From: Yoonia sp. | Lineage (GTDB): Bacteria; Pseudomonadota; Alphaproteobacteria; Rhodobacterales; Rhodobacteraceae | NCBI RefSeq assembly: GCF_017854565.1 | Contig: NZ_JAFMHJ010000010.1 | Location: 9,307-73,306, forward strand | Direction of reading: 5' to 3' | Length of the DNA: 64,000 nt | Shown here: piece by piece, positions 25,689-36,208 of the stretch | Numbering within the stretch: the stretch's first letter is position 1 | How the letters are laid out: each line of letters starts with the position of its first letter | The notes under the pieces: generated by a model | The model's input: only the letters and a program-made list of their open reading frames with translations | The model's database searches: none | Told to the model about the DNA's origin: nothing | Position numbers and translations under genes: made by a program

Positions 25689-26720
25689 ATGACCACCACC
25701 CGCCGCACACTGCTTGGCCTGATCGCCGCCGCCGCCCTTGGCACCGGTGCGACCGCCCAGCAGATCACGCTTCGCATGCACCAATTCCTGCCCGCTCAGG
25801 CGAATGTGCCCGCCCATATTCTTGATGTCTGGGCCGACAAGGTCGAGGCCGACAGCAATGGCCGCATCAAAATCGACCGCTTTCCATCAATGCAACTGGG
25901 CGGCACCCCGCCGCAACTGATTGATCAGGCGATCGACGGCGTGGCCGACATCATCTGGACCGTCGCAGGCTATACGCCGGGCCGCTTTCCCCAGCTTGAA
26001 GTGTTTGAACTGCCCTTCATCATGACCAACGCCGAGGCCACATCCCGCGCCTATTGGGAACTGGCCGAAGCGCGCATGATGGACACCGATTTCGCCGATT
26101 TTCACCCCCTTGGCCTCTGGGTCCACGGACCTGGTGTGATCCATGCCAACCGCCCGGTCACTGATGTCGCCGACCTCAACGGGTTGAAACTGCGCGCGCC
26201 GACCCGGACCACGACGACGCTGTTCACCAGCCTTGGCGCAACCGCCGTCGGCATGCCCGTGCCCGCCGTCCCCGAGGCACTGTCCAAAGGTGTCATCGAC
26301 GGCGCCGTGATCCCATGGGAAGTCGTCCCCGCCCTGAAGGTGCAGGAACTGGTCACGAACCACACAGAATTTCCCGGTGCATCACTATACACCACCGCCT
26401 TTATCTTTGCGATGAACAACGCCACCTACAACGGGTTGCCTGACGATCTTCAGGCGGTGATCGACACGAACTCCGGGCTTGAATTCTCGGCCTTTGCAGG
26501 GCGCACGATGCAAGACTACGACGCCCCCGGTCGCGCCTTGGCGGAGGCCGCAGGCAACACCATCATTGCGCTGACCCCGGCACAGATCGCCGCTTGGCGC
26601 ATCGCCAGCCAGCCGACAATCGACAATTGGATCGCCGATGCGGACGCCGCAGGGATCGACGGCACGGGCCTGTATGATGCCGCGACAGCGCTGATTGCCA
26701 AGAACACCAGCAGCAACTAA
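25689..26720 (+). CDS. TRAP transporter substrate-binding protein (DctP family)
   Basis: ATG 25689. Signal MTTTRRTLLGLIAAAALGTGATA. DctP-like core. Followed by Q and M subunits. Confidence 0.85.
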   Translation: MTTTRRTLLGLIAAAALGTGATAQQITLRMHQFLPAQANVPAHILDVWADKVEADSNGRIKIDRFPSMQLGGTPPQLIDQAIDGVADIIWTVAGYTPGRFPQLEVFELPFIMTNAEATSRAYWELAEARMMDTDFADFHPLGLWVHGPGVIHANRPVTDVADLNGLKLRAPTRTTTTLFTSLGATAVGMPVPAVPEALSKGVIDGAVIPWEVVPALKVQELVTNHTEFPGASLYTTAFIFAMNNATYNGLPDDLQAVIDTNSGLEFSAFAGRTMQDYDAPGRALAEAAGNTIIALTPAQIAAWRIASQPTIDNWIADADAAGIDGTGLYDAATALIAKNTSSN

Positions 26721-26779
26721 ACCGCTCCGCGACCCCCTTGGACTGACTTTGGGGGTGGCGTTGCGTCTGGAGACCTGCC

Positions 26780-27319
26780 TTGCTGCACATCCTCGTTGAA
26801 CGATTGGCCCGGTTCATGGCGCTGCTTGGCGGGCTTGTGCTGTGCCTGCTGGTGGTTCTGGTCTGCCTCAGCGTCGCTGGCCGCGAGGTGAACGACATCG
26901 CACATACCGGCTATCTGGGCACCGTTGGCCAATGGCTGCTGGACGCGGGTATCGGCCCGGTCACCGGGGATTTTGAACTGGTCGAGGCGGGCATCGCCTT
27001 TGCGATCTTCGCCTTCCTGCCGCTGACCCAGCTGACCGGGGAACACGCAAGGGTCGATATCTTCACCAGCGGCCTTGGCCCCCGCGTGAACCATGCGCTG
27101 GCAACATTCTGGAGCCTGATCATGGCCGCCGTTATCGTGCTGATCACATGGCGGCTTTTCATTGGGATGCAGGACAAGATCCGCTATGGCGAAACGACAT
27201 ATCTGATCCAGTTTCCGATCTGGTGGGCCTATGCCGCCAGCTTTGCGGCGGCGGTGACGGCCAGCATCATCAGCCTGTACTGCGCCGCCATGCGCCTGAC
27301 CGGAAAGCGCCGCACATGA
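26780..27319 (+). CDS. TRAP transporter small permease (DctQ family)
   Basis: 179 aa with 4 TM helices and a TTG start. Its stop overlaps the dctM-type ATG (ATGA at 27316-27319). Confidence 0.8.
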   Translation: MLHILVERLARFMALLGGLVLCLLVVLVCLSVAGREVNDIAHTGYLGTVGQWLLDAGIGPVTGDFELVEAGIAFAIFAFLPLTQLTGEHARVDIFTSGLGPRVNHALATFWSLIMAAVIVLITWRLFIGMQDKIRYGETTYLIQFPIWWAYAASFAAAVTASIISLYCAAMRLTGKRRT

Positions 27320-28680
27320 GCGATCTTGCCCTTGGCTACCTGTCATTTCCGGTTTTGCTGCTGCTGATCTTCTTGCGCGCACCCATCGGGCTGGCCATGT
27401 TGATCTGCGGTATCGGCGGGCTTTGGCTGGCCACGGACGGCACAGTCGTCTTCATGGCGAAACTCAAATCCGAGGTTTATTCGACCTTCTCGAGCTACAA
27501 TCTGTCGATCATCCCGATGTTCCTGCTGATGGGGCAATTCGCAACCCTGTCGGGCATGTCGCGCGCCCTGTTCAAAGCCGCCGAGGCATGGCTTGGCCAC
27601 CGCAAGGGCGGCATGGCGATGGCCGCTGTGGGTGCCTGTGCCGGTTTCGGCGCGATCTGCGGTTCGTCCCTCGCGACCGCCGCCACAATGAGCAGGGTCG
27701 CCTTGCCAGAACTGCGCAAATACGGCTATTCGGGCGGTTTCTCAACCGCGACGCTTGCCGCGGGCGGCACGCTGGGCATCTTGATCCCGCCCTCGGTCAT
27801 CCTTGTGATCTATGCTATCCTGACCGAGCAAAACATCGCGAAACTCTTTGCGGCGGCGTTTGTGCCCGGCATATTGGCCGCGCTTGGCTACATGCTCACC
27901 ATTGCGATCTACGTCCGGCTCTATCCCGATCAGGCGGGCACCCACCCGCGATTGCCCTATGCGGAACGGGTCCGTGCATTGGTCGCGGTCTGGCCGGTGC
28001 TAATCGTCTTTGCCGTCGTTGTGGGCGGGATCTACAACGGCTGGTTCACCCCCACCGAAGGGGCCGCAATCGGCGCCATGGGCACTGGCCTGATCGCGCT
28101 GTTTTCGCGCGCGCTGAATTGGGCGGTGTTGCGCGACAGCATCATGCAGACCGCGACCGGAACCGGCATGATCTTTTTCATCGTGCTGGGCGCTGCGTTC
28201 TACAACGGCTTTCTGGCCCTGACCCAAGTGCCGCAGGAACTGTCGGCATGGGTGACGGGCCAAGGGTTCAGCCCGTGGATGGTCATGGTGCTGATCTTGC
28301 TGTTCTATCTCGTGCTGGGCTGCCTGATGGACAGCCTGTCAATGATCCTGCTGACCATCCCGATCTTCTGGCCAGTGATCCAGACACTTGATTTCGGCAT
28401 GACCAGCGAAGAGGTGGCGATTTGGTTCGGCATCCTTGTGCTGATCGTGGTCGAGGTCGGGTTGATCACACCGCCCGTCGGCATGAACCTGTTCATTATC
28501 AACAGCATGGACCGCGAAACGCCGATGACGGCGACCTATAAGGCCGTGCTGTTCTTTGTCGGCTCGGATATTGTGCGGGTGATGATCCTGCTGCTGTTTC
28601 CCGCGATCACGCTGTTCACGATTGACGGCTCGCTGGGGCAGGCATGGCAAGCCGTCATGGGGCTTTTCGTCAGGTTATGA
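27316..28680 (+). CDS. TRAP transporter large permease (DctM family)
   Basis: ORF 27148..28680, ATG 27316 (MSDLALGYLSFPVLLLLIFL...). Polytopic, about 454 aa. Confidence 0.88.
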   Translation: MSDLALGYLSFPVLLLLIFLRAPIGLAMLICGIGGLWLATDGTVVFMAKLKSEVYSTFSSYNLSIIPMFLLMGQFATLSGMSRALFKAAEAWLGHRKGGMAMAAVGACAGFGAICGSSLATAATMSRVALPELRKYGYSGGFSTATLAAGGTLGILIPPSVILVIYAILTEQNIAKLFAAAFVPGILAALGYMLTIAIYVRLYPDQAGTHPRLPYAERVRALVAVWPVLIVFAVVVGGIYNGWFTPTEGAAIGAMGTGLIALFSRALNWAVLRDSIMQTATGTGMIFFIVLGAAFYNGFLALTQVPQELSAWVTGQGFSPWMVMVLILLFYLVLGCLMDSLSMILLTIPIFWPVIQTLDFGMTSEEVAIWFGILVLIVVEVGLITPPVGMNLFIINSMDRETPMTATYKAVLFFVGSDIVRVMILLLFPAITLFTIDGSLGQAWQAVMGLFVRL

Positions 28681-30280
28681 CGTCCGGTGCTTGCCGTCCG
28701 GTGTGTCTGGCAATCTCGGCAATCGCGGCGGCGGCTTTGGTCACGGCGGCCAGCGCTGCCGCAGTCGGCTGGTCAAGCTGGCCGGGGTCCGTTTCCAATC
28801 TCTCCAGATAGACCCGCAGCGTCGCCCCTGCGGTTCCGGTGCCCGACAGCCGAAACACCACCCGCGCTGTGTCGCCAAAGATAACGCGAATACCCTGATG
28901 CGCGGTATGGCTGCCATCAATCGGATCGTCATAGGCAAACTCATCCGCGCGGGTCACCACAAGCCCGGCAAACGACTGCCCCGTCAGCGCCGGCAAACTG
29001 CCGCGCAGCGCCTGCATCACCGCATCCGCCTTGTCGGTATCTATCGCTTCATAGTCATGGCGCGCGTAATAGTTCCGGCCATATTTCTGCCAATGCTCAG
29101 CCATCAGCGCCGCCACCGATTGGCCCGTGGACGCAATAACGCTGAGCCACGAAAGCACGGCCCACAACCCGTCCTTTTCGCGCACATGATCCGCCCCGGT
29201 GCCGGCACTTTCTTCGCCACACAGGTTGATCAGCCCGGCGTCAAGCAGGGTGCCAAAGAACTTCCATCCCGTCGGCACCTCGTAACAGGCAACACCTTTG
29301 GTGCGCGCCACCCGGTCGACTGCCGCAGATGTCGGCATCGACCGCGCGACCCCCTTGAGGTGGGGATGATGCGCCGCAAGCACGGCCAGACTATCGGACG
29401 GCGTTACATAGGCGCCGCGCCCGATGATCATGTTGCGGTCGCCGTCACCGTCGCTGGCTGCACCGAAATTCGGTGCATCGGGCCCGGCCATGATCGCCAT
29501 CAACCCCTGCGCCCAGATCGGGTTGGGGTCGGGATGGCCACCGCCGAAATCCGGCAGCGGCGTCCCGTTGATCACGGTCCCGCGCGGTGCTCCCAGCCGC
29601 TCTTCCAACAGGTGCTTTGCATAGGGGCCCGTCACCGCATGCATCGCGTCAAACGCCATGCGAAACCCGCCCGCAAACAGCCCGCGCAGCGCGTCGAAAT
29701 CAAACAGCGTGGCCATCAGGGCGGCATAATCAACCACCGGGTCCACGACCGTAACCGTCATTGCGCCAAGCCGGGTCTGGCCAATCACCGCCAAATCGAC
29801 ATCCTGCGCGTCGAAAATCCGATAGGCCGACAGCGCCTGCGTCTGCGCAAAGATCGCGTCACTCACGCTTTCCGTCGCCGGGCCGCCATTGGCCATGTTG
29901 AATTTCAAACCAAAGTCCTGATCGACCCCGCCGGGATTATGGCTCGCCGTCAGCAAGAACCCACCATCCATGCCGTGCTTGCGGATCAGATGTGATGCGG
30001 CAGGGGTCGACAGAATCCCGTTCTGCCCCACGATCACGCCACGGGCGCCATTCGCCGCCGCCATCCGCAAGATGACCTGAATGGCCCGGTCGTTAAAATA
30101 GCGGCCATCGCCACCCACGACAAACCGCTTTTCCGCCGCGCCGCCAATCGCATTGATGACGGCCTGCACATAATTTTCCAGAAAATGCGGCGCCATAAAG
30201 TCACGCGTCTTGCGACGCAGGCCCGACGTGCCGGCCTTTTGATCTGCAATCGGTTGGGTCGCAACGGTGTGACGTGCCAT
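28670..30280 (-). CDS. pgm: phosphoglucomutase (alpha-D-glucose phosphate-specific)
   Basis: 536 aa. KAGTSGLRRK near the N-terminus, active-site TASHNPGG, metal loop SDGDGDRN and GEESAG. Confidence 0.92.
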   Translation of the reverse strand: MARHTVATQPIADQKAGTSGLRRKTRDFMAPHFLENYVQAVINAIGGAAEKRFVVGGDGRYFNDRAIQVILRMAAANGARGVIVGQNGILSTPAASHLIRKHGMDGGFLLTASHNPGGVDQDFGLKFNMANGGPATESVSDAIFAQTQALSAYRIFDAQDVDLAVIGQTRLGAMTVTVVDPVVDYAALMATLFDFDALRGLFAGGFRMAFDAMHAVTGPYAKHLLEERLGAPRGTVINGTPLPDFGGGHPDPNPIWAQGLMAIMAGPDAPNFGAASDGDGDRNMIIGRGAYVTPSDSLAVLAAHHPHLKGVARSMPTSAAVDRVARTKGVACYEVPTGWKFFGTLLDAGLINLCGEESAGTGADHVREKDGLWAVLSWLSVIASTGQSVAALMAEHWQKYGRNYYARHDYEAIDTDKADAVMQALRGSLPALTGQSFAGLVVTRADEFAYDDPIDGSHTAHQGIRVIFGDTARVVFRLSGTGTAGATLRVYLERLETDPGQLDQPTAAALAAVTKAAAAIAEIARHTGRQAPDVIT

Positions 30281-30294
30281 GACAGCTCCCTCAG

Positions 30295-30948
30295 TTACGC
30301 GGGCAAGTTTGGCGCAGGGTTGGGCTGACCGTCAAATGTAAAATCACATTGTAACGCACGATCAATCACGCGCTGCGCATTGGGTATATCGTTCCCCTCG
30401 GCGCGGCGGGTCGCCACAGAGGGCGAATAATTCAGGCTGAGCCAGCGTTGGATCAGCCGTGCACGCAATTCGCGCATCGGCACATCCAGCCGCGCGGTCA
30501 CATCCCAAAGCGGGGCAAGCGATGCCCACGGTGCCTCATCGAACATCAGGTAATTGCCCTCGACGATGATGATAGCCGCATCCAGCGGCACCGCCACGGC
30601 CCCCGCGATGGCCAGATCACGGGCCCGGTCAAAGATCGGCGCAAAGACCTCTTCGCGCGCTTTCAACGCCTTGATCATGCGCACGAATCCCGGCGCGTCA
30701 AAGGTTTCGGGCGCGCCTTTGCGGGGCCGCAGATTGCGCGCCTCAAGCACGGCATTGTCCAGATGAAAGCCGTCCATCGGCACCACGGTTGTCTTGCGTT
30801 TTTGCGTGTTCAGGCGGCGGGCCAGTTCGCTTGCCAATGTTGATTTGCCACAGCCGGGCGCGCCGGTGATCGCCACCAGTTGCTGTGATCCGCTGCGGTC
30901 CAGCAGATGCTCCGCCAATATGTTGACGTGATCGGTTAGCGTTGCCAA
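30295..30948 (-). CDS. P-loop nucleoside/nucleotide (uridine kinase/PRK-like) kinase family protein
   Basis: Walker A GAPGCGKSTL. 217 aa. Lies 14 nt upstream of pgm on the same strand. Confidence 0.7.
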   Translation of the reverse strand: MATLTDHVNILAEHLLDRSGSQQLVAITGAPGCGKSTLASELARRLNTQKRKTTVVPMDGFHLDNAVLEARNLRPRKGAPETFDAPGFVRMIKALKAREEVFAPIFDRARDLAIAGAVAVPLDAAIIIVEGNYLMFDEAPWASLAPLWDVTARLDVPMRELRARLIQRWLSLNYSPSVATRRAEGNDIPNAQRVIDRALQCDFTFDGQPNPAPNLPA

Positions 30949-31044
30949 AATTTTACCTGTAAGTCAGTGGGCTTTGCCCTGTTTTTCCCTAGCTTAACGC
31001 GCCGCGCCCGGTTCTGCGACCTGTTTTTGCACCATCTTGCGTTT

Positions 31045-31081
31045 CTTATGGCCATCCCCCGGCTTTTTGCATGGCCATAAG
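31045..31081. promoter_or_regulatory. perfect 11-bp inverted repeat in a divergent intergenic region
   Basis: CTTATGGCCAT-n15-ATGGCCATAAG, flanked by direct copies of GCTTTGCCCT at 30971-30980 and 31106-31115. Confidence 0.4.
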
Positions 31082-31157
31082 AGATGAAAAGTGGCGCTTG
31101 CAGGTGCTTTGCCCTAGGTTGCACAATGGAACGACAACGCACGAAGGGAGCGCGGTT

Positions 31158-32024
31158 ATGTCGATGATCCTTCGGGTGTGGCGTGTGTTGCGCACCGTCT
31201 GGAAAACAGCGGGCGAAAAGCACCTTGGCCTGATTGCGGCAGGTGTCGCGTTCTTTGGCATGTTCGGCATTTTCCCCGGCATCGCTGCGGTCATCGCCAT
31301 CTTTGGGTTGGTCGCCGACCCCGTGGTCATCGAAGAACAACTGCGCCTGATGGAGGGGATCATTCCCCCCGATGCCTATAATCTGCTGTCGGCTCAGATC
31401 ACGGGGCTGGTCAATGCGGGCACAGGTAGGTTGGGCTGGGCCACGTTGGTTTCCATCACGCTGGCGCTGTGGTCGTGCCGGGCGGGGGTGGGCGCGCTGA
31501 TCGGCGGCTTGAACGCCATCGCAGGCCAGCGCATGCGCAATGGGATCTGGCAGATGGTGGTCGCGCTGTTGCTGACGGTCGCCCTTGTGGCGCTGGCCAT
31601 TGTCGCGCTGTCGGCCGTCGTGATCTTGCCGATCATCATGGCCTTTATTCCGCTCGCAAATTCAACGGCTTGGCTGCTCGAAGGGCTGCGCTGGTTCTTG
31701 GCGTTGGGTGTGCTCATGACCGGGCTCAGCTTGCTCTACCGGTTCGGACCCGCCCGCATCGACACGCGCGGGCGATGGATCACCGTGGGCGCATTTGTCG
31801 TCGTGATCATCTGGGTCGCGGCTTCGGCGGGGCTGTCGTACTACCTGACGAACTTTGCCAGCTACAACGAGGTGTACGGCTCAATCGGGGCAGTGATCGG
31901 TCTGCTGCTGTGGCTTTACGTCAGCGCCTATCTGATCCTGCTGGGGGCCGCATTGAACGTGGCGGTGCATGGCCATGGCATCCGGCACGGATCAAGCGCA
32001 ACAGCCTTCCTTGACGAAGGTTAG
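31158..32024 (+). CDS. YihY/BrkB (ribonuclease BN-like) family membrane protein
   Basis: ORF 31071..32024. ATG 31158 follows GGGAG. GLIAAGVAFFGMFGIFPG plus 6 TM helices are typical. Confidence 0.8.
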   Translation: MSMILRVWRVLRTVWKTAGEKHLGLIAAGVAFFGMFGIFPGIAAVIAIFGLVADPVVIEEQLRLMEGIIPPDAYNLLSAQITGLVNAGTGRLGWATLVSITLALWSCRAGVGALIGGLNAIAGQRMRNGIWQMVVALLLTVALVALAIVALSAVVILPIIMAFIPLANSTAWLLEGLRWFLALGVLMTGLSLLYRFGPARIDTRGRWITVGAFVVVIIWVAASAGLSYYLTNFASYNEVYGSIGAVIGLLLWLYVSAYLILLGAALNVAVHGHGIRHGSSATAFLDEG

Positions 32025-32041
32025 CCAAGGCACCAAAACAC

Positions 32042-33235
32042 CTAGGTGACTGCGGCTTTGGCTTTATAGGCCGGATCATCCCACAGACGGTTTTGCATGA
32101 CATCCGCGATGATGCTGATGGCGCGATCCACGTCATCGGCGTCGATAAACAGCGGTGTGAACCCAAAGCGCATGATATCCGGCGCACGAAAATCCCCCAC
32201 CAGATTGCGCGCAATACAGGCCTGCATCGCAGCGTATCCATCGGCAAAGCGGAACGATACCTGACTGCCCCGTGCATCGGGGTCGCGTGGACTGGCCAGC
32301 GTCAACATCGGGCAGGCCGCCTCGACACCGGCGATAAACTGCTGCGTCAGCGCGATTGATGTGCGGCGTAGCGCGGCCATATCCACATGGTCCCAGATGT
32401 CCATCGCGGCATCCAATGCGGCCATCTGCAAGACCGGCGGCGTGCCCACGCGCATCCGCGAAATGCCGCTGCCGGGCCGATAGTCCAGATCAAATGCAAA
32501 CGGTGCGGCATGGCCCAACCACCCCGATAGCGCCGGGGCACAGTTTTCGATATGGCGCGGTGCGACATAGATGAACGCCGGCGCGCCGGGTCCGCCATTC
32601 AGGTATTTATACGTGCACCCCACCGCAAAGTCCGCGCCACATCCCTGCACATCGACCGCTATCGCACCCGCGGAATGGGCCAAATCCCACACCGCAACAG
32701 CCCCCACGCCATGCGCCGCCTTGGTCAAGGCGGCCATATCATGCAGCCGCCCCGTGCGGTAATCGACCTGTGTCAGCAGCACCACAGCCACATCGCCGCC
32801 GATGCTGCCCGCGACATCCTGGGGGGCCATGACGCGCAATTCATGCCCGCGCCCCAATGCCTTGATCAGCCCCTCAGTCATATAGATATCAGACGGGAAA
32901 TTGCCGCTATCGGTCAGAATCACCTTGCGGTCGGGCACCAGATCAATCGCAGCGGCCAGCGCCTGATAGACCTTGATCGACAATGTGTCGCCCAACACCA
33001 CATGCCCCGCTTCCGCCCCGATCAGCCGCCCGATCCGATCCCCCAGACGTTCCGGCTGCGCCATCCACCCTGCACGGTTCCAGCCGGTAATCACCTTTTC
33101 GCCCCATTCCTGCGTGACCGTCCGTGCCACCCGCGCCGCCGCCGTCTTTGGCAACGGGCCCAGCGAATTGCCGTCCAGATAAATCATACCCGCAGGCAAG
33201 TGGAACAAGGCCTTTGTCGCCGCGAAATCCGTCAT
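32042..33235 (-). CDS. kynU: kynureninase
   Basis: ORF 32042..33304. ATG 33235 (MTDFAATKALFHLP..IYLDGNSLGP). PLP lysine region CTYKYLNGGPG. Confidence 0.88.
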   Translation of the reverse strand: MTDFAATKALFHLPAGMIYLDGNSLGPLPKTAAARVARTVTQEWGEKVITGWNRAGWMAQPERLGDRIGRLIGAEAGHVVLGDTLSIKVYQALAAAIDLVPDRKVILTDSGNFPSDIYMTEGLIKALGRGHELRVMAPQDVAGSIGGDVAVVLLTQVDYRTGRLHDMAALTKAAHGVGAVAVWDLAHSAGAIAVDVQGCGADFAVGCTYKYLNGGPGAPAFIYVAPRHIENCAPALSGWLGHAAPFAFDLDYRPGSGISRMRVGTPPVLQMAALDAAMDIWDHVDMAALRRTSIALTQQFIAGVEAACPMLTLASPRDPDARGSQVSFRFADGYAAMQACIARNLVGDFRAPDIMRFGFTPLFIDADDVDRAISIIADVMQNRLWDDPAYKAKAAVT

Positions 33236-33993
33236 TACACCTGACCGCCTGAAATCTGTATCGTCTGCCCATTCACACTGCGCGCCGCATCCGAACACAG
33301 CCACATCGCCGCCCCTGTCGTCTCATCGACCGCCAGCAGCCGCCGATGCCGGTTGCCCTTTGCAACCATGTCGATCGCGCCCTGTTCATCCACGCCGAAA
33401 CGCGTGATCAAGCCGGGCAACTGGTTGCGCACAATCGCCGTATCCACATAGCCGGGGCACAGCGCGTTAAACGTAATCGGACGGCGCATGAATTCCTCGG
33501 ACAGACCCCGGATCAGGCCGATCACGCCGTGCTTTGTCACCGTATAGGGGATGGCGTTCTTCAGCCCCCGCACCCCGGCGATCGAACTGATGACGATCAT
33601 CCGCCCGGTATCTTCGGGCGCCAAAGTGGCAAGCGCGGCCTGAAACGTCAGGAAAACCCCGTCCAGATTGGTCGTCATAGTGCGCCGCCAGTCCGCCAGC
33701 GATGTTTTCTCAAACGGGCCACCCTCGGCGATCCCGGCATTGGCCACACATATCTGGATTGGGCCACGTACCGCCGCCGCCGCCGCGATACCATCGCGCA
33801 CCGATGCTTCGTCGTCGACATCCATCACCAACGCATGCAGGCGCGGGCTTGATGCCGCGACCCTCGCCAGTTGATCCGCGCGCCGCCCGGTGATCGTCAC
33901 CTCGGCCCCGGCATGGGCCAACGCAAGGGCGATCCCCTCGCCAATCCCTGTGCCGCCGCCCGTGATCAGCGCGTGCTTGCCTGCATGTTCCAT
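33235..33993 (-). CDS. short-chain dehydrogenase/reductase (SDR)
   Basis: Only the C-terminal 252 aa of ORF 33235..34557 look real. ATG 33993 follows GGAGGA. TGGGTGIG, NAG and YxxxK (YTVTKHG) motifs. The stop shares one nt with the kynU start (TAATG). Confidence 0.88.
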   Translation of the reverse strand: MEHAGKHALITGGGTGIGEGIALALAHAGAEVTITGRRADQLARVAASSPRLHALVMDVDDEASVRDGIAAAAAVRGPIQICVANAGIAEGGPFEKTSLADWRRTMTTNLDGVFLTFQAALATLAPEDTGRMIVISSIAGVRGLKNAIPYTVTKHGVIGLIRGLSEEFMRRPITFNALCPGYVDTAIVRNQLPGLITRFGVDEQGAIDMVAKGNRHRRLLAVDETTGAAMWLCSDAARSVNGQTIQISGGQV

Positions 33994-34071
33994 GACCTGT
34001 CCTCCGTTATTTGGCATGCTAACCGCAAGCAGGGCGTGGACAAGCACAAAGGCAGCGGGCACAACTACGCC

Positions 34072-34521
34072 ATGAAATGGATCGACATACCCCCCGTCTG
34101 GCTGGCCATCGCCGTCGCCGCGACCTGGGCCGTCAGCCAATTGCAGCCTGCGGCAATCGCGCTGGGCGGGTCTGCGGTTGATTTTGCCGGTGGCCTCTTG
34201 GTGGGTGGCGGCCTTGTCCTGATGGCATTGGCCGTTGCTGAAATGCGTAAACGGCGCACGACCGTCATGCCACATATGGAGGCGGACACCCTTGTCACCA
34301 CAGGTATCTTCTCGCGCAGCCGCAATCCGATCTATCTGGGTGATGCGCTGGTGCTGGCGGGGCTGGCCCTGCGGTGGGATACGCCCGCCGCGTTGATTCT
34401 CGTGCCGCTTTTCATGGCCACGATCACCCAGCGCTTTATCGTGCCCGAAGAAAACCGCCTGCGGGTCAAATTTCGTGCAGACTTTGCCCGTTACTGCCAA
34501 AAGACGCGGCGTTGGGCCTGA
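34072..34521 (+). CDS. isoprenylcysteine carboxyl methyltransferase (ICMT)/phospholipid methyltransferase-family membrane protein
   Basis: ORF 33871..34521, ATG 34072. TTGIFSRSRNPIYLGD...EENRLRVKFRADFARY is the ICMT-family signature. Confidence 0.75.
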   Translation: MKWIDIPPVWLAIAVAATWAVSQLQPAAIALGGSAVDFAGGLLVGGGLVLMALAVAEMRKRRTTVMPHMEADTLVTTGIFSRSRNPIYLGDALVLAGLALRWDTPAALILVPLFMATITQRFIVPEENRLRVKFRADFARYCQKTRRWA

Positions 34522-34561
34522 CTGTGTGTGCGTGACATGTGCCCGTGCGGGGGGCACTCTC

Positions 34562-34588
34562 TTGTGAAATGCTCTGGGCCGCTATAAT
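34562..34588 (+). promoter_or_regulatory. candidate sigma70-type promoter for pntAB
   Basis: TTGTGA-n15-TATAAT (TATAAT at 34583-34588), about 39 nt upstream of the pntA GTG. The spacer is shorter than optimal. Confidence 0.3.
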
Positions 34589-34626
34589 CCATGTCAGGCT
34601 GCTTGAATAACAATGGGGGACGGTCC

Positions 34627-36198
34627 GTGAAAATCGGCACACCAAAAGAGACATTCGAAGGCGAGAACCGGGTTGCGATGACGCCCGCCTCGGCCAAGGA
34701 CCTGCAAAAGCTGGGTTATGATTGTATGATTGAAACCGGCGCCGGGCAGTCGGCTGGTTTTTCCGATCAGACCTATATTGACGCGGGCGTCGATGTGGTC
34801 AAAACCGCCGCCGCCTTGTGGAAGGCCGCCGATGTGGTCGCCAAGGTCCGCCCACCATCCGATACCGAGGTCAAGCGCCTGCGCGAAAGCCAGACATTGA
34901 TCTCGTTCTTCTACCCTGGCCAAAACAAAGACCTGATGGAGGCAGCCAACAAGAAAGGCGCCACCGTCATCGCGATGGACATGGTCCCGCGTATCAGCCG
35001 CGCCCAGAAAATGGACGCGCTGTCGTCGATGGCCAATATCGCGGGCTACCGCGCCGTGATCGAGGCCGGCAGTAACTTTGGCCGCTTCTTTACCGGGCAA
35101 ATCACCGCCGCCGGCAAAGTGCCCCCCGCCAAGGTGCTGGTCGTCGGCGCCGGTGTTGCAGGCCTTGCCGCCATCGGGACCGCCACATCGCTGGGTGCGA
35201 TCACCTATGCCTTTGACGTGCGCCCCGAAGTGGCCGAACAGGTCGAAAGCATGGGCGCCCAGTTTGTGTTCCTTGATTTCGAGGAAGAACAGCAGGACGG
35301 CGCGGCCACCGGCGGCTACGCCTCTGTGTCGTCGCCCGAATTTGCCGCGGCCCAGCTTGCCAAGTTCCGCGAACTGGCACCCGATATTGATATCGTCATC
35401 ACCACTGCCCTGATCCCCGGCCGCGACGCGCCCGAACTGTGGACCAAGGACATGGTCGAAGCGATGAAACCCGGTTCCGTCATCGTCGACCTCGCCGCAG
35501 AACGCGGCGGCAACTGCAAACTGACCGTCAAGGACGAGAAAATCGTCACCGACAACGGCGTGACCATCATCGGCTACACCGACTTCCCCAGCCGAATGGC
35601 GGCGCAAGCCTCGACGCTTTATGCGACCAATATCCGTCACATGATGTCAGACCTGACGCCGGACAAAGATGGCGTGCCAAATCAGAACATGGAAGACGAC
35701 GTGATCCGCGGTGCCACCATCACCGACAAGGGCGCCATCACCTTTCCGCCGCCACCACCCAAAGTGGCCGCCATCGCGGCGGTCAAACGCGAACCGATCA
35801 AGGAACTGACACCACAGGAAAAGCGCGCCAGAGAAGTGGCGGCATTTCAGGCCCAGACCAAAAGCCAGGTCACATTGCTGGCCGTCGGCGGCGCGCTGAT
35901 GTTGCTGATCGGGGCCTTTGCGCCAGCCAGCTTCATGCAGCACTTTATCGTGTTCGCATTGGCCTGTTTCGTCGGGTTTCAGGTGATCTGGGGCGTCGCC
36001 CATTCGCTGCACACGCCTTTGATGGCGATCACCAACGCCATCTCGGGGATCGTGATCCTTGGCGCGCTGTTGCAGATCGGGTCGGGCAGCTGGATCGTGG
36101 TGATCCTGTCGCTCATCGGGGTGCTTATCGCGTCCATCAATATCGTCGGGGGTTTCCTCGTCACACGGCGGATGCTCGCCATGTTCCAGAAATCCTGA
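34627..36198 (+). CDS. pntA: NAD(P) transhydrogenase subunit alpha
   Basis: ORF 34591..36198. GTG 34627 ([20 protein letters not shown]) follows [17 protein letters not shown] Rossmann motif and C-terminal TM helices. Confidence 0.92.
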   Translation: MKIGTPKETFEGENRVAMTPASAKDLQKLGYDCMIETGAGQSAGFSDQTYIDAGVDVVKTAAALWKAADVVAKVRPPSDTEVKRLRESQTLISFFYPGQNKDLMEAANKKGATVIAMDMVPRISRAQKMDALSSMANIAGYRAVIEAGSNFGRFFTGQITAAGKVPPAKVLVVGAGVAGLAAIGTATSLGAITYAFDVRPEVAEQVESMGAQFVFLDFEEEQQDGAATGGYASVSSPEFAAAQLAKFRELAPDIDIVITTALIPGRDAPELWTKDMVEAMKPGSVIVDLAAERGGNCKLTVKDEKIVTDNGVTIIGYTDFPSRMAAQASTLYATNIRHMMSDLTPDKDGVPNQNMEDDVIRGATITDKGAITFPPPPPKVAAIAAVKREPIKELTPQEKRAREVAAFQAQTKSQVTLLAVGGALMLLIGAFAPASFMQHFIVFALACFVGFQVIWGVAHSLHTPLMAITNAISGIVILGALLQIGSGSWIVVILSLIGVLIASINIVGGFLVTRRMLAMFQKS

Positions 36199-36208
36199 GG
36201 GGGCCGAT

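Noticed and set aside
28622-29995. A 457-aa plus-strand ORF.
   Set aside because: It is antisense to phosphoglucomutase, whose catalytic motifs TASHNPGG and SDGDGDRN are intact. Its composition is Arg/His/Gly/Pro-rich noise.
33994-34557. The N-terminal 188 residues of the 440-aa ORF that contains the SDR.
   Set aside because: This part is Arg/Gly/His/Pro/Gln-rich and is antisense to the ICMT-family gene. A proper RBS (GGAGGA) and ATG at 33993 give a standard 252-aa SDR that begins just before the TGGGTGIG motif.
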